From a virus, in the IMG/VR virus record IMGVR_UViG_3300048892_000198, positions 32,001 to 96,000 of that record: a stretch of DNA of 64,000 nucleotides. One strand, given 5' to 3'. Below are positions 37,146 through 46,314 of the stretch, piece after piece. Within the stretch, counting starts at the first letter, position 1. The number at the start of each line of letters is the position of its first letter. The translations under genes were made by a program, and so were the position numbers. Below the pieces are notes generated by a model, which had not been told where the DNA came from, searched no databases, and worked only from the letters and a program-made list of their open reading frames with translations.

Positions 37146-37657
37146 TCGTGGCAGTCGGCGACGTTGACGCGGTGGTCATATCCGGTCTCGCACTCGAAGT
37201 CGTGCACGAGCCAGATGTCGCCCATGCGGGATGCCCCGGTGACGCGGTAGCGTCCGGCGCGCTTCCCGCCGCCCACCGTGTCCTTGAACGTGCAGAACAG
37301 CCGGTGGTGTATCATGAACGGCCAAAAGTCCCTCTGGCACACGGCGCTCCGCCGGAAGTAATCGAGCACGAAGCGCGCGTACTGATCGCCCAGGTGGTGA
37401 TCGATGAAGTCATCGACGTGCACGAAGTCCCCTGGTCGCTCAGGGGGGCCATTCGGCTTGAGGTTTACGCGACAGCTCTCACATACGCCGATGAGAAGCA
37501 CGAGTTTGCCGCTCAGTTGGATGGAGGTGCTCCAATCGACTCCGCGGGACTTACGGCAGAACAGGCACTCGAGCTCGCGCTCAGTTAGGGCGACGGGCTG
37601 CTGCTTTGTCAGATAGAGCTCGACGCACATGGATTCTTCTTCGAGGGTCTCGGTCAT
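37127..37657 (-). CDS. Hypothetical protein
   Basis: CLFC/CESC; RYRVTGASRMGDIWL; RBS AAGGAG. Confidence 0.7.
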   Translation of the reverse strand: MTETLEEESMCVELYLTKQQPVALTERELECLFCRKSRGVDWSTSIQLSGKLVLLIGVCESCRVNLKPNGPPERPGDFVHVDDFIDHHLGDQYARFVLDYFRRSAVCQRDFWPFMIHHRLFCTFKDTVGGGKRAGRYRVTGASRMGDIWLVHDFECETGYDHRVNVADCHEWSGQP

Positions 37658-37968
37658 GGGATCTCCTTGGGGGCAGGGATTGGGAATACGGATTTCGCCA
37701 TCATGGCGTCGGCGATCTCGAAGGCGCGCGTCGCGATGGCATCGGGCGCAGTCGGCCGCATCTCGCGGCTGAGTTGCATATCTGCGGTCGCGATTGCTGC
37801 CGCCGCTAGCAGCTTTCGCTCAGTGTAGCGAGCCGACTCGAGTCGCTGGTTTAGTTCCCAGACGTAGCGCTCGCGCTCTTGCCTGTCGGTGCACCAACAG
37901 TCCAAGCACCGGGTGTTTTCGGCCGGCACCATCACCTGGTTGCAGCCGCCGCATTTGACCCAGCTCAC
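37654..37968 (-). CDS. Hypothetical protein
   Basis: CGGC/CLDC; AFEIADAMM C-terminal motif typical of small phage proteins. Confidence 0.6.
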   Translation of the reverse strand: MSWVKCGGCNQVMVPAENTRCLDCWCTDRQERERYVWELNQRLESARYTERKLLAAAAIATADMQLSREMRPTAPDAIATRAFEIADAMMAKSVFPIPAPKEIP

Positions 37969-39122
37969 TTGGATCCCTTCGGCGGGGGAGAGGCGATCTC
38001 CGAGATGAGGAGCACCATGGCGAGGAGGGTTTCGTTCTTGAGGAAGAGCGAGGGGCAGTCGTAGACGATGTCGTAGTAGAGATCGATCTCGGTCGGGGTA
38101 AACGATTTGACTGCCTGGCTCAGGTAGTCGGCGTTGACGTGGAGCTTGAAGCTCCCGGGCTCGGAGTCGACGACGGTGAGCTCGTCCTCGCCCTGGCTCC
38201 GCTCGCTCTTTCGAGTCGTGATCATGACGACGCCGTCGGTGCAGGTGAGATCGATCTGCACGAAAGCGTCCTTGCCCTCCACGAAGTCGCTACCGGCGCT
38301 GACTGCCCGCACGCTCTCGAGCAGTGTCTCGCTCGAGACGCGGAAACGACGCTTGACGGGCACGCCCTCGGATAGCTGCTTCCATACCTGCGGGAACGGG
38401 CGCGCGAGCGGGGTTGCGCGGATACGAATGCCGGGGGCGCTGGCGAAGATCTTGTGCTGATCGCGCGCGAGCGTGATGACGTGGTCTTTGGGCACCCCGC
38501 GCAAGGCCTCAAGCAGGTTGCGCGGCAGGAGGCACTCTTCGGCTGAGCCTCGCTCGGTAAACCAGCCCAAAGCCCGAGCCATCGCATGCCCGTTGACGGT
38601 CACCATTTTGAACCAAGCGTTGTCCCCTGGTGCGATGAGCGCGCCCGCGGGCATCTCGTCGCCCTTCGAGTCCATCGCGAACGCCACTTCGCTTGCGGCC
38701 TGGAGCAAGATCTTGGCCTCGACCGAATAGAGTGGCGTGGGCTTTCCGGTGCTCGTGACGGGTGGGAAGTCACTCGGATCGAGAGCCGTCATCAAGAACT
38801 TTCTCTTGCTCGCGCTCGACTTGATCGTGACCTTGAACTTCGCGTCCACCGTGATCTCCACGTATCCTTCGGGGAGCTCATTGACGCGCGCCGACAGCTG
38901 AGCGTGGTTGAGGGCGGCCTTGCCTGCAGTCTTCACCTCGGCCTTGGCGTCGATGACGATGTCGAGCTGTCCGTCGGTCGTGGTGAAGAAGGCGAAGCCC
39001 TGGGCTACGCCGGCTTCGATGAGCAGGCATTGGCGCACGCTCACCATGTCGGATTTGTTGATGGCCGCGCCCGAGCGCTTGAGGACAGAGAGGAGTTCTT
39101 GGCGACTGATGACGATTTGCAT
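37965..39122 (-). CDS. dnaN: DNA polymerase III beta sliding clamp homolog (divergent)
   Basis: MQIVISRQELLSVL...LLIEA...TTDGQL...ELPEG...DPSDFP...EVAFAM...MVTVNGHAMA...FP...NADYL; ~385 aa three-domain length. Confidence 0.85.
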   Translation of the reverse strand: MQIVISRQELLSVLKRSGAAINKSDMVSVRQCLLIEAGVAQGFAFFTTTDGQLDIVIDAKAEVKTAGKAALNHAQLSARVNELPEGYVEITVDAKFKVTIKSSASKRKFLMTALDPSDFPPVTSTGKPTPLYSVEAKILLQAASEVAFAMDSKGDEMPAGALIAPGDNAWFKMVTVNGHAMARALGWFTERGSAEECLLPRNLLEALRGVPKDHVITLARDQHKIFASAPGIRIRATPLARPFPQVWKQLSEGVPVKRRFRVSSETLLESVRAVSAGSDFVEGKDAFVQIDLTCTDGVVMITTRKSERSQGEDELTVVDSEPGSFKLHVNADYLSQAVKSFTPTEIDLYYDIVYDCPSLFLKNETLLAMVLLISEIASPPPKGSK

Positions 39123-39136
39123 GATGGATCCTTGAG

Positions 39137-39664
39137 TCAGAGAGCGCCGAGCTCGGCGCGGTCGATGTATTCGCAATAAGCAACAGTGGGTGGACTCGGG
39201 TTGAGGTAGACGAGCGCGTCGCCGCCGACATTCACGTACTGCACGTGCGGATCGAGACCGAAGTACTTCACCTCGGCGAAGCGCTGGAACTCCCCCTGCA
39301 GGCGTTCCCTCTCGTCCCGTAAGACGCGGTGCTTGTCGGCGCAGGCTACGGAGCAGAAGATGTCATCGCCGTCGTCGCGCACGAAGCCGTCGGTCTCGAG
39401 CCCGGTGTGCTGGTAACACTGTCCGCACTCGAAGGTCCACCCGTTCTCGAGCATCCAAGCGAGGAGATCTCCATGGAACCCGTCGAGCTGCGGGTAGCGC
39501 TCGCATTCCACCTCCTCGAACGACAGCTCCAGCGCCTCGGCGCCGAGGCGCTTGGCCTGCAAGCCATGATCGCACCAGACGATGTGGCTCCTCTCATCGT
39601 CGGAGATCTTCCAGGCTTTGATCGCGAGCGGGTGGGCGTACGTGCCCATGTCCATGAGGGTCAT
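39137..39664 (-). CDS. Phage-type hypothetical protein with Zn motifs
   Basis: KAW...IVW...AKRLGA...R.PQLD...GWTFECGQC...FCSVAC. Confidence 0.7.
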   Translation of the reverse strand: MTLMDMGTYAHPLAIKAWKISDDERSHIVWCDHGLQAKRLGAEALELSFEEVECERYPQLDGFHGDLLAWMLENGWTFECGQCYQHTGLETDGFVRDDGDDIFCSVACADKHRVLRDERERLQGEFQRFAEVKYFGLDPHVQYVNVGGDALVYLNPSPPTVAYCEYIDRAELGAL

Positions 39665-39879
39665 CGCGGCGGCGCCTCCTTCGCGTAACGCGCGCCCTCG
39701 AGCGCCAGGATCGTCATGTGAAAGATCTCATGATCGGCCAGTCCTTGGTTTGCCAGCGCGCCCACGGCATAGGCCAGGACAGCGATGAAGAGATCTTTGG
39801 AGGGCCCTTCTCGCTCCACAGTTGCGGTGAGATCCGTGTGGATACGGATGAACAATTCCCGCTGGTCAGGAGTCATCAT
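39661..39879 (-). CDS. Hypothetical protein
   Basis: Coupled ORF. Confidence 0.55.
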   Translation of the reverse strand: MMTPDQRELFIRIHTDLTATVEREGPSKDLFIAVLAYAVGALANQGLADHEIFHMTILALEGARYAKEAPPR

Positions 39880-40079
39880 CGCCGCTCTGCCTCGCGCAAT
39901 AGCTCTTTGACGGTGGACTCATGCGCGGCGAGATCTTCGGTCAAGCGCGCGATCTTGTCTCGGTGATGCATGAGCAGTCGGCTCCGGCAGTTGTTGCAGT
40001 AGAGATTGGCCTCGTGCTGCGTCTTCTTCCCGCAGTCAGTCATGTCGCCGTTGTCCCACACTCGCGCGATGCAACTCAT
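39876..40079 (-). CDS. Small Cys-containing protein
   Basis: Coupled ORF; RBS GAGGAG. Confidence 0.55.
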   Translation of the reverse strand: MSCIARVWDNGDMTDCGKKTQHEANLYCNNCRSRLLMHHRDKIARLTEDLAAHESTVKELLREAERR

Positions 40080-40429
40080 GCTCGTTTCTCCTCAACCGGG
40101 GTGCTGTCTTCCCACGCACTCAAGAAAGCGTGTTGGTAGTTTCTGATGGTCTTGTGAAAGGTCCGCACTTCCTCGCGGAGCTTGCCGGCAGAGTAGGGCA
40201 GATCCTGATCGAGGGCGAGTTCGCAGATGCGATGGCAGCTCCGGATGCGCTCGCACTTTTGGCATAGGACGTACCGGGACCAGCGACCACGATCGAAGGT
40301 GCTGAGGTAGATGTAGATCTCGCCCGGCTGAATCGGGATCGGGCACTCGGCGCAGGTGTGCGCGCGTCGTGCCTTCTGGCGATGCACGGTGCCGGGGCGT
40401 TGGGACGCGGGGAGATCGTCGTCAGCCAT
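40076..40429 (-). CDS. Zn-finger protein (paralog of 41956..42339)
   Basis: KARRAHTCAEC..IQPGEIY...CQKC. Confidence 0.7.
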   Translation of the reverse strand: MADDDLPASQRPGTVHRQKARRAHTCAECPIPIQPGEIYIYLSTFDRGRWSRYVLCQKCERIRSCHRICELALDQDLPYSAGKLREEVRTFHKTIRNYQHAFLSAWEDSTPVEEKRA

Positions 40430-40655
40430 TCTCGTCGCCCGTTGGCCCCCCGAACGCCAGCCACAGCGCCTCCTCTTCCTCAGTGGCCTTTCGCGACGAG
40501 CACCCGAACCCCGACTCCCACTCGCCGCCTTGTCGGTATGCGGCAGAGCCGCCGTCCATCACGAAGGTGTATCCGCAGTAAACGAATACGGTCAGGCCTC
40601 GAGCTTCGGCGAAGGCCCTCACTGCCTCAAGCCCTTGCGAGGTGAAGTGAATCAT
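40422..40655 (-). CDS. Hypothetical protein
   Basis: RBS AAGGAG; coupled. Confidence 0.55.
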   Translation of the reverse strand: MIHFTSQGLEAVRAFAEARGLTVFVYCGYTFVMDGGSAAYRQGGEWESGFGCSSRKATEEEEALWLAFGGPTGDENG

Positions 40656-40673
40656 CGGTCCCGCTCCTTGTCG

Positions 40674-41192
40674 TCAGTCATGGGACACCAGCCCATCGCC
40701 CGGCTCGAGCCCTGCCCAGGCTAATTCGGCCAGCACGAGCATGCGAGCGACGTAGATCTCCGCGTGCTCCATGGCGTCTTCCGCCCGCGCGAACTCCCGC
40801 GTCGTCTCGGAAAGAGGACGAGATCCGCACACGCTCTCGACGATCCAGAACGTCCTCTGTCCACGATTTACGATCCCGCATCGCTTCACGGTTGCGCGGA
40901 GCGGACCGATCTTGGCGCTGTAACGTCGGTGACTATCTCGGTGCCAATGCAGGCGGAGTGGCGCCATTGGCTGGAGCCCATCCTTGAGCCGCTCGCGGCC
41001 CTCAGCGGTGATCGTGTACCCGACTCGTTGCATGTCGCTCTCGGTGTGCCGCGCGTATCCGAGCACGGCCAAGGACTCGAGCGTGCGTCCGTTACGGTGC
41101 GGAAAGTACCAGGCCCCGTCTGAGTTCTGGTTGGGCTCGGAGAGCTCGCCGAGGATGCGCCATTGAGCATCGGAAAGGCGCGGGCGCTTCAT
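40674..41192 (-). CDS. Winged-helix-like hypothetical protein
   Basis: RLSDAQWRIL...RTLESL..LGY...YTITAEGRERL. Confidence 0.6.
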   Translation of the reverse strand: MKRPRLSDAQWRILGELSEPNQNSDGAWYFPHRNGRTLESLAVLGYARHTESDMQRVGYTITAEGRERLKDGLQPMAPLRLHWHRDSHRRYSAKIGPLRATVKRCGIVNRGQRTFWIVESVCGSRPLSETTREFARAEDAMEHAEIYVARMLVLAELAWAGLEPGDGLVSHD

Positions 41193-41959
41193 GGCGTCCT
41201 CAGGAACTGCTCGTCCCGCTTGGCAACGGCGCTCCGCGGCCCGGCCGCGCGCAGCACCGCAGGCAATAGGTCATGGGCGTCGATGTCTCCATAGATGCCC
41301 GAGGCGTACGTCTGGTTGGCTTCGACGACGGCCCAGCCGCGCCCTTCGATGATGCCCACGTCGAGCACGACCGATGACGGCAGGCGGTCGACCTCGCTGG
41401 CGAGTACTTCCTCAGCGAAGGCGATGGCTGAGGTGCGAGTGGCGTCTTCGTCGCGCTCGCCGACGAAGCGATAGAACTCGGCCGACAAGATCTTGCCGTC
41501 GAGTACGTGGCACCGATATTCCACCTCGAACGACACGACCTCGGACACCAAGATCGGGCAATCGTTGTCGATGTGGCGGAGGTGCAGATCTGCGCCGCGC
41601 TCGAAGATCCCCTTCTCGAAGACCTTGTCGTTGGCGGGCTTGAAGAACAACCGCCGATCGAACCGGTGCACGCGCCACTTGTCGGTCAGGACGACCTCAC
41701 GCTTCAGGAAGTGCTCTGGCAGGTAAGGCAGCCAATCATTCGGGGGCTCGAGGAGCCCGAGCCCCGCCCGCTCGGCCATGATGTCGCAAAACGTCATCTC
41801 CCCGAACGCACACAAGACTTCGGGCCTCGGATCGGGCAGCCTAAAGCGAAGGCACCGATGCACGCCCCAGCCGGCCTTCAGCGCGGCCTGCCAGATCGCT
41901 TGCGAGTCCTGGCTGAAGCGCTGCGAGAGCAAGATCGTGGGGTTCCTCGCGGTCGTCAT
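41189..41959 (-). CDS. ATP-grasp protein, R2K clade (DUF4343-like)
   Basis: FFKPANDKVF; VSEVVSFEVEYRCHVLDG; VVLDVG...WAVVEAN...SGIYG. Confidence 0.85.
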   Translation of the reverse strand: MTTARNPTILLSQRFSQDSQAIWQAALKAGWGVHRCLRFRLPDPRPEVLCAFGEMTFCDIMAERAGLGLLEPPNDWLPYLPEHFLKREVVLTDKWRVHRFDRRLFFKPANDKVFEKGIFERGADLHLRHIDNDCPILVSEVVSFEVEYRCHVLDGKILSAEFYRFVGERDEDATRTSAIAFAEEVLASEVDRLPSSVVLDVGIIEGRGWAVVEANQTYASGIYGDIDAHDLLPAVLRAAGPRSAVAKRDEQFLRTP

Positions 41960-42339
41960 CCCATCACCGTGCTGTATTCGCGCCGGTCCGGCGTCGGGGG
42001 CTTCTTCGGGACGGGCAGGCCCTTCCATGCCGCCCGAAATGCGACGACGTAGTGTGGCTCTTCCTGGATGCACTCCCTGACCTGCTCGAGGAGGGAGCCT
42101 ACGTAGTAGCTCGAACTCCCGCCCATGGCGTGCTCGGCTTTCGCGTGCGTCACTTCCACGCGATGGCATTTCTCGCATGCCGCCCAAGCGCTCCAGCTGC
42201 CGTCGCTGAGTGACGCACAACGCCAATAGAGCGTGCCCTTCGGGATGAGGTGCCCGCACTCTGAGCATCGGTGCGCCTTCCGCGCCCGCCGCTGCTCAGA
42301 GTGGGTCGCGACAGGGGGATTGTCGATGCCTTCGCACAT
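41956..42339 (-). CDS. Zn-finger protein (paralog of 40076..40429)
   Basis: RARKAHRCSEC..IPKGTLY...CEKC. Confidence 0.7.
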   Translation of the reverse strand: MCEGIDNPPVATHSEQRRARKAHRCSECGHLIPKGTLYWRCASLSDGSWSAWAACEKCHRVEVTHAKAEHAMGGSSSYYVGSLLEQVRECIQEEPHYVVAFRAAWKGLPVPKKPPTPDRREYSTVMG

Positions 42340-42342
42340 GGG

Positions 42343-42714
42343 TCAGTCCTCCGTGGTTGAGGCGAGGTAGCCGGGGCCGAAGCGGTCCACGAGCTCGCGC
42401 GCTGAGCAGCTGTCGGGCAGCACTTCCGTGGGGCCACCAGCCGCGTCGATTTCTCCGAGCGTCATGATCCCAAGGATGGAGGCGCAATCGCTCGTGGTGT
42501 CCTTGTCGAGGTAGAGCTCGACCTCGGCATCATCCCGGAGCTGCACGAAGTCGTTGCCCGAGCAGGACTCGTCGAAGTGTTCATGCCAGCGGCGAGCGGC
42601 GTCGGGGGCGCTCCAGGCCACGACGTAGTCGCCGTGGCCGAAAAAAAGAAAGAGAAGAGGTCGAGGAGAGGCGGTTGGTAGTTTGAACGCTGGCGGGCGA
42701 TTGGAGTCGGTCAT
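42343..42714 (-). CDS. Hypothetical protein (paralog of 35504..36004 C-terminal domain)
   Basis: YVVAWSAPDAA...GPGYLASTTED. Confidence 0.7.
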   Translation of the reverse strand: MTDSNRPPAFKLPTASPRPLLFLFFGHGDYVVAWSAPDAARRWHEHFDESCSGNDFVQLRDDAEVELYLDKDTTSDCASILGIMTLGEIDAAGGPTEVLPDSCSARELVDRFGPGYLASTTED

Positions 42715-42989
42715 GGTTTGGTTTTGCCTTTTGGGAGGGGTTGCATCGTATCCGGATCGATGTTGGCCTCGCGGCACTCGCGTCGGTAGTCCCGCACCTG
42801 CACGGCATCGTCGACCCGCTGACACGCTTTGCAGGTCGCCGAGTCGACGAGGTCATTGGGGCCGATGATGGCAAGCTCGCGCACACGCCAGTACTTCACG
42901 CCGCGCACAGTGATCTGCTTCCGCGATTTGCCGCAGTAGGTCAGGCCGCGGGCGGCATTGTAGAGATGGGTGGTGACGGGCTTGGCCAT
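42711..42989 (-). CDS. First gene of the leftward accessory operon, Zn-binding small protein
   Basis: H...CG...TCKAC; class-2 promoter 5 nt upstream. Confidence 0.65.
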   Translation of the reverse strand: MAKPVTTHLYNAARGLTYCGKSRKQITVRGVKYWRVRELAIIGPNDLVDSATCKACQRVDDAVQVRDYRRECREANIDPDTMQPLPKGKTKP

Positions 42990-42994
42990 CGGTG

Positions 42995-43027
42995 AGGTGC
43001 TACGTGACGGGCCCAGGAGATCTTCCC
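42995..43027 (-). promoter_or_regulatory. Class-2 promoter GGGAAGATC-N14-CGTAGCACCT
   Basis: Both boxes identical to those at 53940..53972; lies at the strand-switch point. Confidence 0.7.
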
Positions 43028-43053
43028 TGCGGAAAGAGTGGAGAGATAGTTCG

Positions 43054-43083
43054 TTGACAGTTTTGAGATAGCAGTGCTAGCTT
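43054..43083 (+). promoter_or_regulatory. Sigma70-like promoter TTGACA-N18-TAGCTT for the rightward operon
   Basis: Consensus -35 at the divergence point. Confidence 0.7.
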
Positions 43084-43100
43084 CCGCCGTCGAGACAGAA

Positions 43101-43682
43101 ATGGCCATCCCCGATCCGCTTCCAGAGACACTGCCTGAAGGAACTACGGCGCTCGGTGGCGCAATGGCCCTGGTGGGCGGCAGGGGCTCTTTGCGCCGCG
43201 CAGGTCCCGTCGCCTGGTACTCCGGCCCTTGGGTTTCGACAGTGGGCATCGACTTGCGGGATGCTCCGCTGCTCATGGGCCCGCGCGAAGTAGACTGGTC
43301 GGAGGAAGATCTAGCGGCCTCGCGGGGTACCAGTGAGGGACAGACCATGAGCAACGAATCCGCTGAGCAAGCATCGGTCGCGCGAGAAGAGCGAGTGCTC
43401 GAGATCTTGGGTGGCCTCAAGGGTTGGCCGCTCGACAAGCGCGAGACGTTGGTGGCGTTCAACATGATGGGGCTGACGAGCCGGCTCCAGCCGCTCCAGG
43501 TGGAGAGCGCTGAGCATCAGAAACTCGTTGTCACGCTGGCAATCAAACTAGCGGAGTTGACGATCATGGAGGGAGAGCGGTCGCAGAGCGCGCTTGCCCA
43601 AGCATGGGAAGAGGGAAAGTATCAAGGTGAGGGCGAGGCAGTCGGAGGGCTCAGCCGGTCCCCGAATCCGTACAAGCTATGA
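43101..43682 (+). CDS. Hypothetical protein (start 43101 or 43347)
   Basis: First ORF after the promoter; AWEEG...NPY C-terminus typical of small phage proteins. Confidence 0.6.
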   Translation: MAIPDPLPETLPEGTTALGGAMALVGGRGSLRRAGPVAWYSGPWVSTVGIDLRDAPLLMGPREVDWSEEDLAASRGTSEGQTMSNESAEQASVAREERVLEILGGLKGWPLDKRETLVAFNMMGLTSRLQPLQVESAEHQKLVVTLAIKLAELTIMEGERSQSALAQAWEEGKYQGEGEAVGGLSRSPNPYKL

Positions 43683-44035
43683 ATCGCCTCGGCACTCCCG
43701 CGCAGATCATCGTGTCGATCGCGGTGATCGCGTTCATGATTTGGATGGTGATTGGTAGTCGGAAGAAGCGGGTGGTTCGAGTCGCGCCACTACCGCCTGA
43801 CTCGGATCCTCCATGGGTGATCTCTTGCGGGCGGTACCGTCTTCGCGGGATCGGTCCCTGGCCGAGCACGTCAGGAGTTAGGGTTTACGTGATCGATATG
43901 CAGGGGAGTTGGGTGCGATGGTGTTACTACAGCCGAGAGCCCACTCCGGATTTTGAGCGATACTATGGCGATGAACGATCGCGCCTCGAGTACTTCGAGC
44001 GGCTCTTCGAGCCCATCGATAAGGACGAGATCTAA
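43679..44035 (+). CDS. N-terminal TM protein
   Basis: Hydrophobic segment followed by RKKR. Confidence 0.6.
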   Translation: MNRLGTPAQIIVSIAVIAFMIWMVIGSRKKRVVRVAPLPPDSDPPWVISCGRYRLRGIGPWPSTSGVRVYVIDMQGSWVRWCYYSREPTPDFERYYGDERSRLEYFERLFEPIDKDEI

Positions 44036-44036
44036 G

Positions 44037-44375
44037 ATGACCGACCCCGTCGATCACGCCCTGCTCGGCCTGAAGAAGGTCAAGCCGAAACCCCTCCGTC
44101 GCCTGACGCTGGTGCACGCGCAGTCTCAAGCGAAAAAGGTCGTCGAGTACCTCGGCATGTCGGGGGAACCCCTGCGCGCCATCATCCACTGGCCCATCGC
44201 TGGCCAGTACCTGATCGCGCCCCGGTCGGGCACGATCTTGGGTTCTGCCGAGGCGCTCCGTCACTGGAAGGTTACCGCGCAGGATCACGTCTTCCTGAAG
44301 CAGGAGTATCGCCTGGCCCGCGCGCGCGTGCCGCTGCGACCTGAGCGCGTGGAGGGGCTGGCCAAATGCCGATAG
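44037..44375 (+). CDS. Hypothetical protein
   Basis: Start MTDPVDH just after the previous stop. Confidence 0.6.
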   Translation: MTDPVDHALLGLKKVKPKPLRRLTLVHAQSQAKKVVEYLGMSGEPLRAIIHWPIAGQYLIAPRSGTILGSAEALRHWKVTAQDHVFLKQEYRLARARVPLRPERVEGLAKCR

Positions 44376-44920
44376 ATCGGGATCGCTACTGCGAGGAGCA
44401 CGGCGGCGGCGCTCTCCGGCAAGACTGCGTTGCGTGCTCAGCAAACGAGAGTGTCGGGCACCCGGCATGGCCAGATCCGCCCCCCGTCGACACTCGCCCC
44501 TGGTGCGTGTTCGTGTCGGGGTCGAGGGATCTCCAGTGGAGCCATCAGGAGATCATTCGAGAGGAGCTGAAGCCGTTCGTGGGTCAGTATTCGACCGTGA
44601 TCCACGGCATGGGGGAAGGTCGGAAATCCTACATACCCGGTTGTGATCGGGTCGCCGATTTCGCCGCTCGCGAGATGGGTTTCCACATCATCGCGATCCC
44701 CGCGCTTTGGGATGAGCAGCACTTGGCCGCAGGCCCCATCCGCAATCGCCTCTGTGCCCAGATGCTCCTGCTCTTTGGCAAGCACGGCTATCGCCTGGCA
44801 ATGCTCGGCTTCTCGACGGGCGGCAAGGGCACCGAAGGCGCACTCGAGCTCATGGAGCGTCTCTACGATCGCGAGCAGGCCGACGTGCTGATCAAGAAAG
44901 TTCCCATGGTGGTCTCATGA
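44366..44920 (+). CDS. SLOG-superfamily (DUF2493/YspA-like) protein
   Basis: VSGSRD...VIHG...GCD...ALWD...AAGPIRN...GKGT. Confidence 0.8.
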   Translation: MPIDRDRYCEEHGGGALRQDCVACSANESVGHPAWPDPPPVDTRPWCVFVSGSRDLQWSHQEIIREELKPFVGQYSTVIHGMGEGRKSYIPGCDRVADFAAREMGFHIIAIPALWDEQHLAAGPIRNRLCAQMLLLFGKHGYRLAMLGFSTGGKGTEGALELMERLYDREQADVLIKKVPMVVS

Positions 44921-45168
44921 CGCCATGGCTGGCAGCGCTGTTGACGTTCATTTCAGGGTTTACGATCGAAACGGCGTGCGTCTATTGGGTGCACTTTTCT
45001 GAGCGCAACCGAGCGCTCCCCACAGCGCTCTGCTCGATGGCGATCGGCACCGCTCAGGTGCTAGGGATCGGCGAGTCGATTCACGACTGGCGCATGGGTG
45101 TGCCGTTCGTTTTGGGTTATGGAGCAGGGACGTTCTTCGCGGTCCGGCGTAAGGCGAGCAGGATTTGA
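44917..45168 (+). CDS. Small three-TM membrane protein
   Basis: Hydrophobic segments; GYGAGTFFAV. Confidence 0.7.
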   Translation: MTPWLAALLTFISGFTIETACVYWVHFSERNRALPTALCSMAIGTAQVLGIGESIHDWRMGVPFVLGYGAGTFFAVRRKASRI

Positions 45169-45806
45169 TCATGAACCTCCCCCTCTTGAATCGCCTCCGC
45201 ACTAGCGAGATGGCCTTCCGAGCGCAGGGCCTCTTCGAGGCGGCGGTCTGCTCTCAACGCCAAGCCGACTACATCGAGTCCGGAGGCGCCGCACTCATGT
45301 GTCCGTACTCGTACCTCGACCGTGGGATCGGTGACGGTAAGCTGGAGTTCGATGCGCGCGACGGATGGCTTCGGATTTTCTCAGTGGATGGCGGCGCTTG
45401 CCTCTCGTTTACGATCGATCGAGCATCGGCGCTGTGGATGCTCTTGCTCGCCTACCTCGAGATCACGCCCGACGAACTCCGTGACCTGGCCGACAGCGTC
45501 GAGCGCGTGCCGCTGTCGCTCGACGAGATCCCAGTAGTGGGAGATGACTCGGATGTACGGATCTTCGTGTTCGAAGACGGGCGGGTGTACAAACGCTGGC
45601 GGGATGATCACGAGCGCTGGGGGGTGTTCATGCAAGCCGATAGCATCGAGGCGGCGCTGAAGGGCTGCGCGCGCGAGTGCTGGCTAGGAGAAGCATTAGG
45701 CCCCGGCGTCGTGCGGTGGCACCGCACTCACGTCGGCGGCAGGCTCCCGGATCATCGCCCGTTCTTCAGGTGGCTCAAGAAGTTCAGGGCCGAGGCCGAG
45801 CCATGA
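45165..45806 (+). CDS. Hypothetical protein (N-terminal part paralogous to 28147..28548)
   Basis: See paralog motifs at 28147..28548. Confidence 0.7.
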   Translation: MIMNLPLLNRLRTSEMAFRAQGLFEAAVCSQRQADYIESGGAALMCPYSYLDRGIGDGKLEFDARDGWLRIFSVDGGACLSFTIDRASALWMLLLAYLEITPDELRDLADSVERVPLSLDEIPVVGDDSDVRIFVFEDGRVYKRWRDDHERWGVFMQADSIEAALKGCARECWLGEALGPGVVRWHRTHVGGRLPDHRPFFRWLKKFRAEAEP

Positions 45807-46063
45807 AGATCAAGATCTGGAATCCCGACAACGAAAACGAGGAGGACGCCGACGAGCTCGATTTCGACTATGAGCTCGACGATCCCGATCTCGGGTGGCG
45901 GCTTGCGAATGAGGTCGAGGACGTGGCAGAGAAGGAGCGAGATTGCGAATGGACTGAAGGCGCGCGGACGTACCACGTGCGTCTCGGCAAGGAGCTAAAG
46001 GTATTCGCGGTCGAGATAGAATGGAGTCCGATGTTTAGCGCGTCGGAGGTGAAGCGACCATGA
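45803..46063 (+). CDS. Small acidic protein (tandem paralog of 46060..46314)
   Basis: MKIKIWNPDNENEEDA. Confidence 0.7.
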   Translation: MKIKIWNPDNENEEDADELDFDYELDDPDLGWRLANEVEDVAEKERDCEWTEGARTYHVRLGKELKVFAVEIEWSPMFSASEVKRP

Positions 46064-46314
46064 AGATCAAGATCTGGGACGCCCTGAACCAATCAGAGGA
46101 AGAGGCAACCGAGCGCGAATGCTCCGGATACGTCAATGGAGCTGTCGAGACATTCATGGAACAGCGGTGGTCCAATTGCGACTACGTAGAGACCATGGAG
46201 ATCAATGTACGCTTCGAGGATGGCAAACTCTTGGAGTTCATCTGCCACGCCGAGCAGACCGTGATCTTTCGAGCGAAGATGAAGCACTACGTCGTGGGAG
46301 GATCAGTCCCGTGA
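46060..46314 (+). CDS. Small acidic protein (tandem paralog of 45803..46063)
   Basis: MKIKIWDALNQSEEEA. Confidence 0.7.
   Translation: MKIKIWDALNQSEEEATERECSGYVNGAVETFMEQRWSNCDYVETMEINVRFEDGKLLEFICHAEQTVIFRAKMKHYVVGGSVP

Noticed and set aside
43085-43345. Possible structured ncRNA or tRNA after the rightward promoter
   Set aside because: No cloverleaf or convincing long stems seen, and the region is an open frame from ATG 43101. A covariance-model search would be needed.
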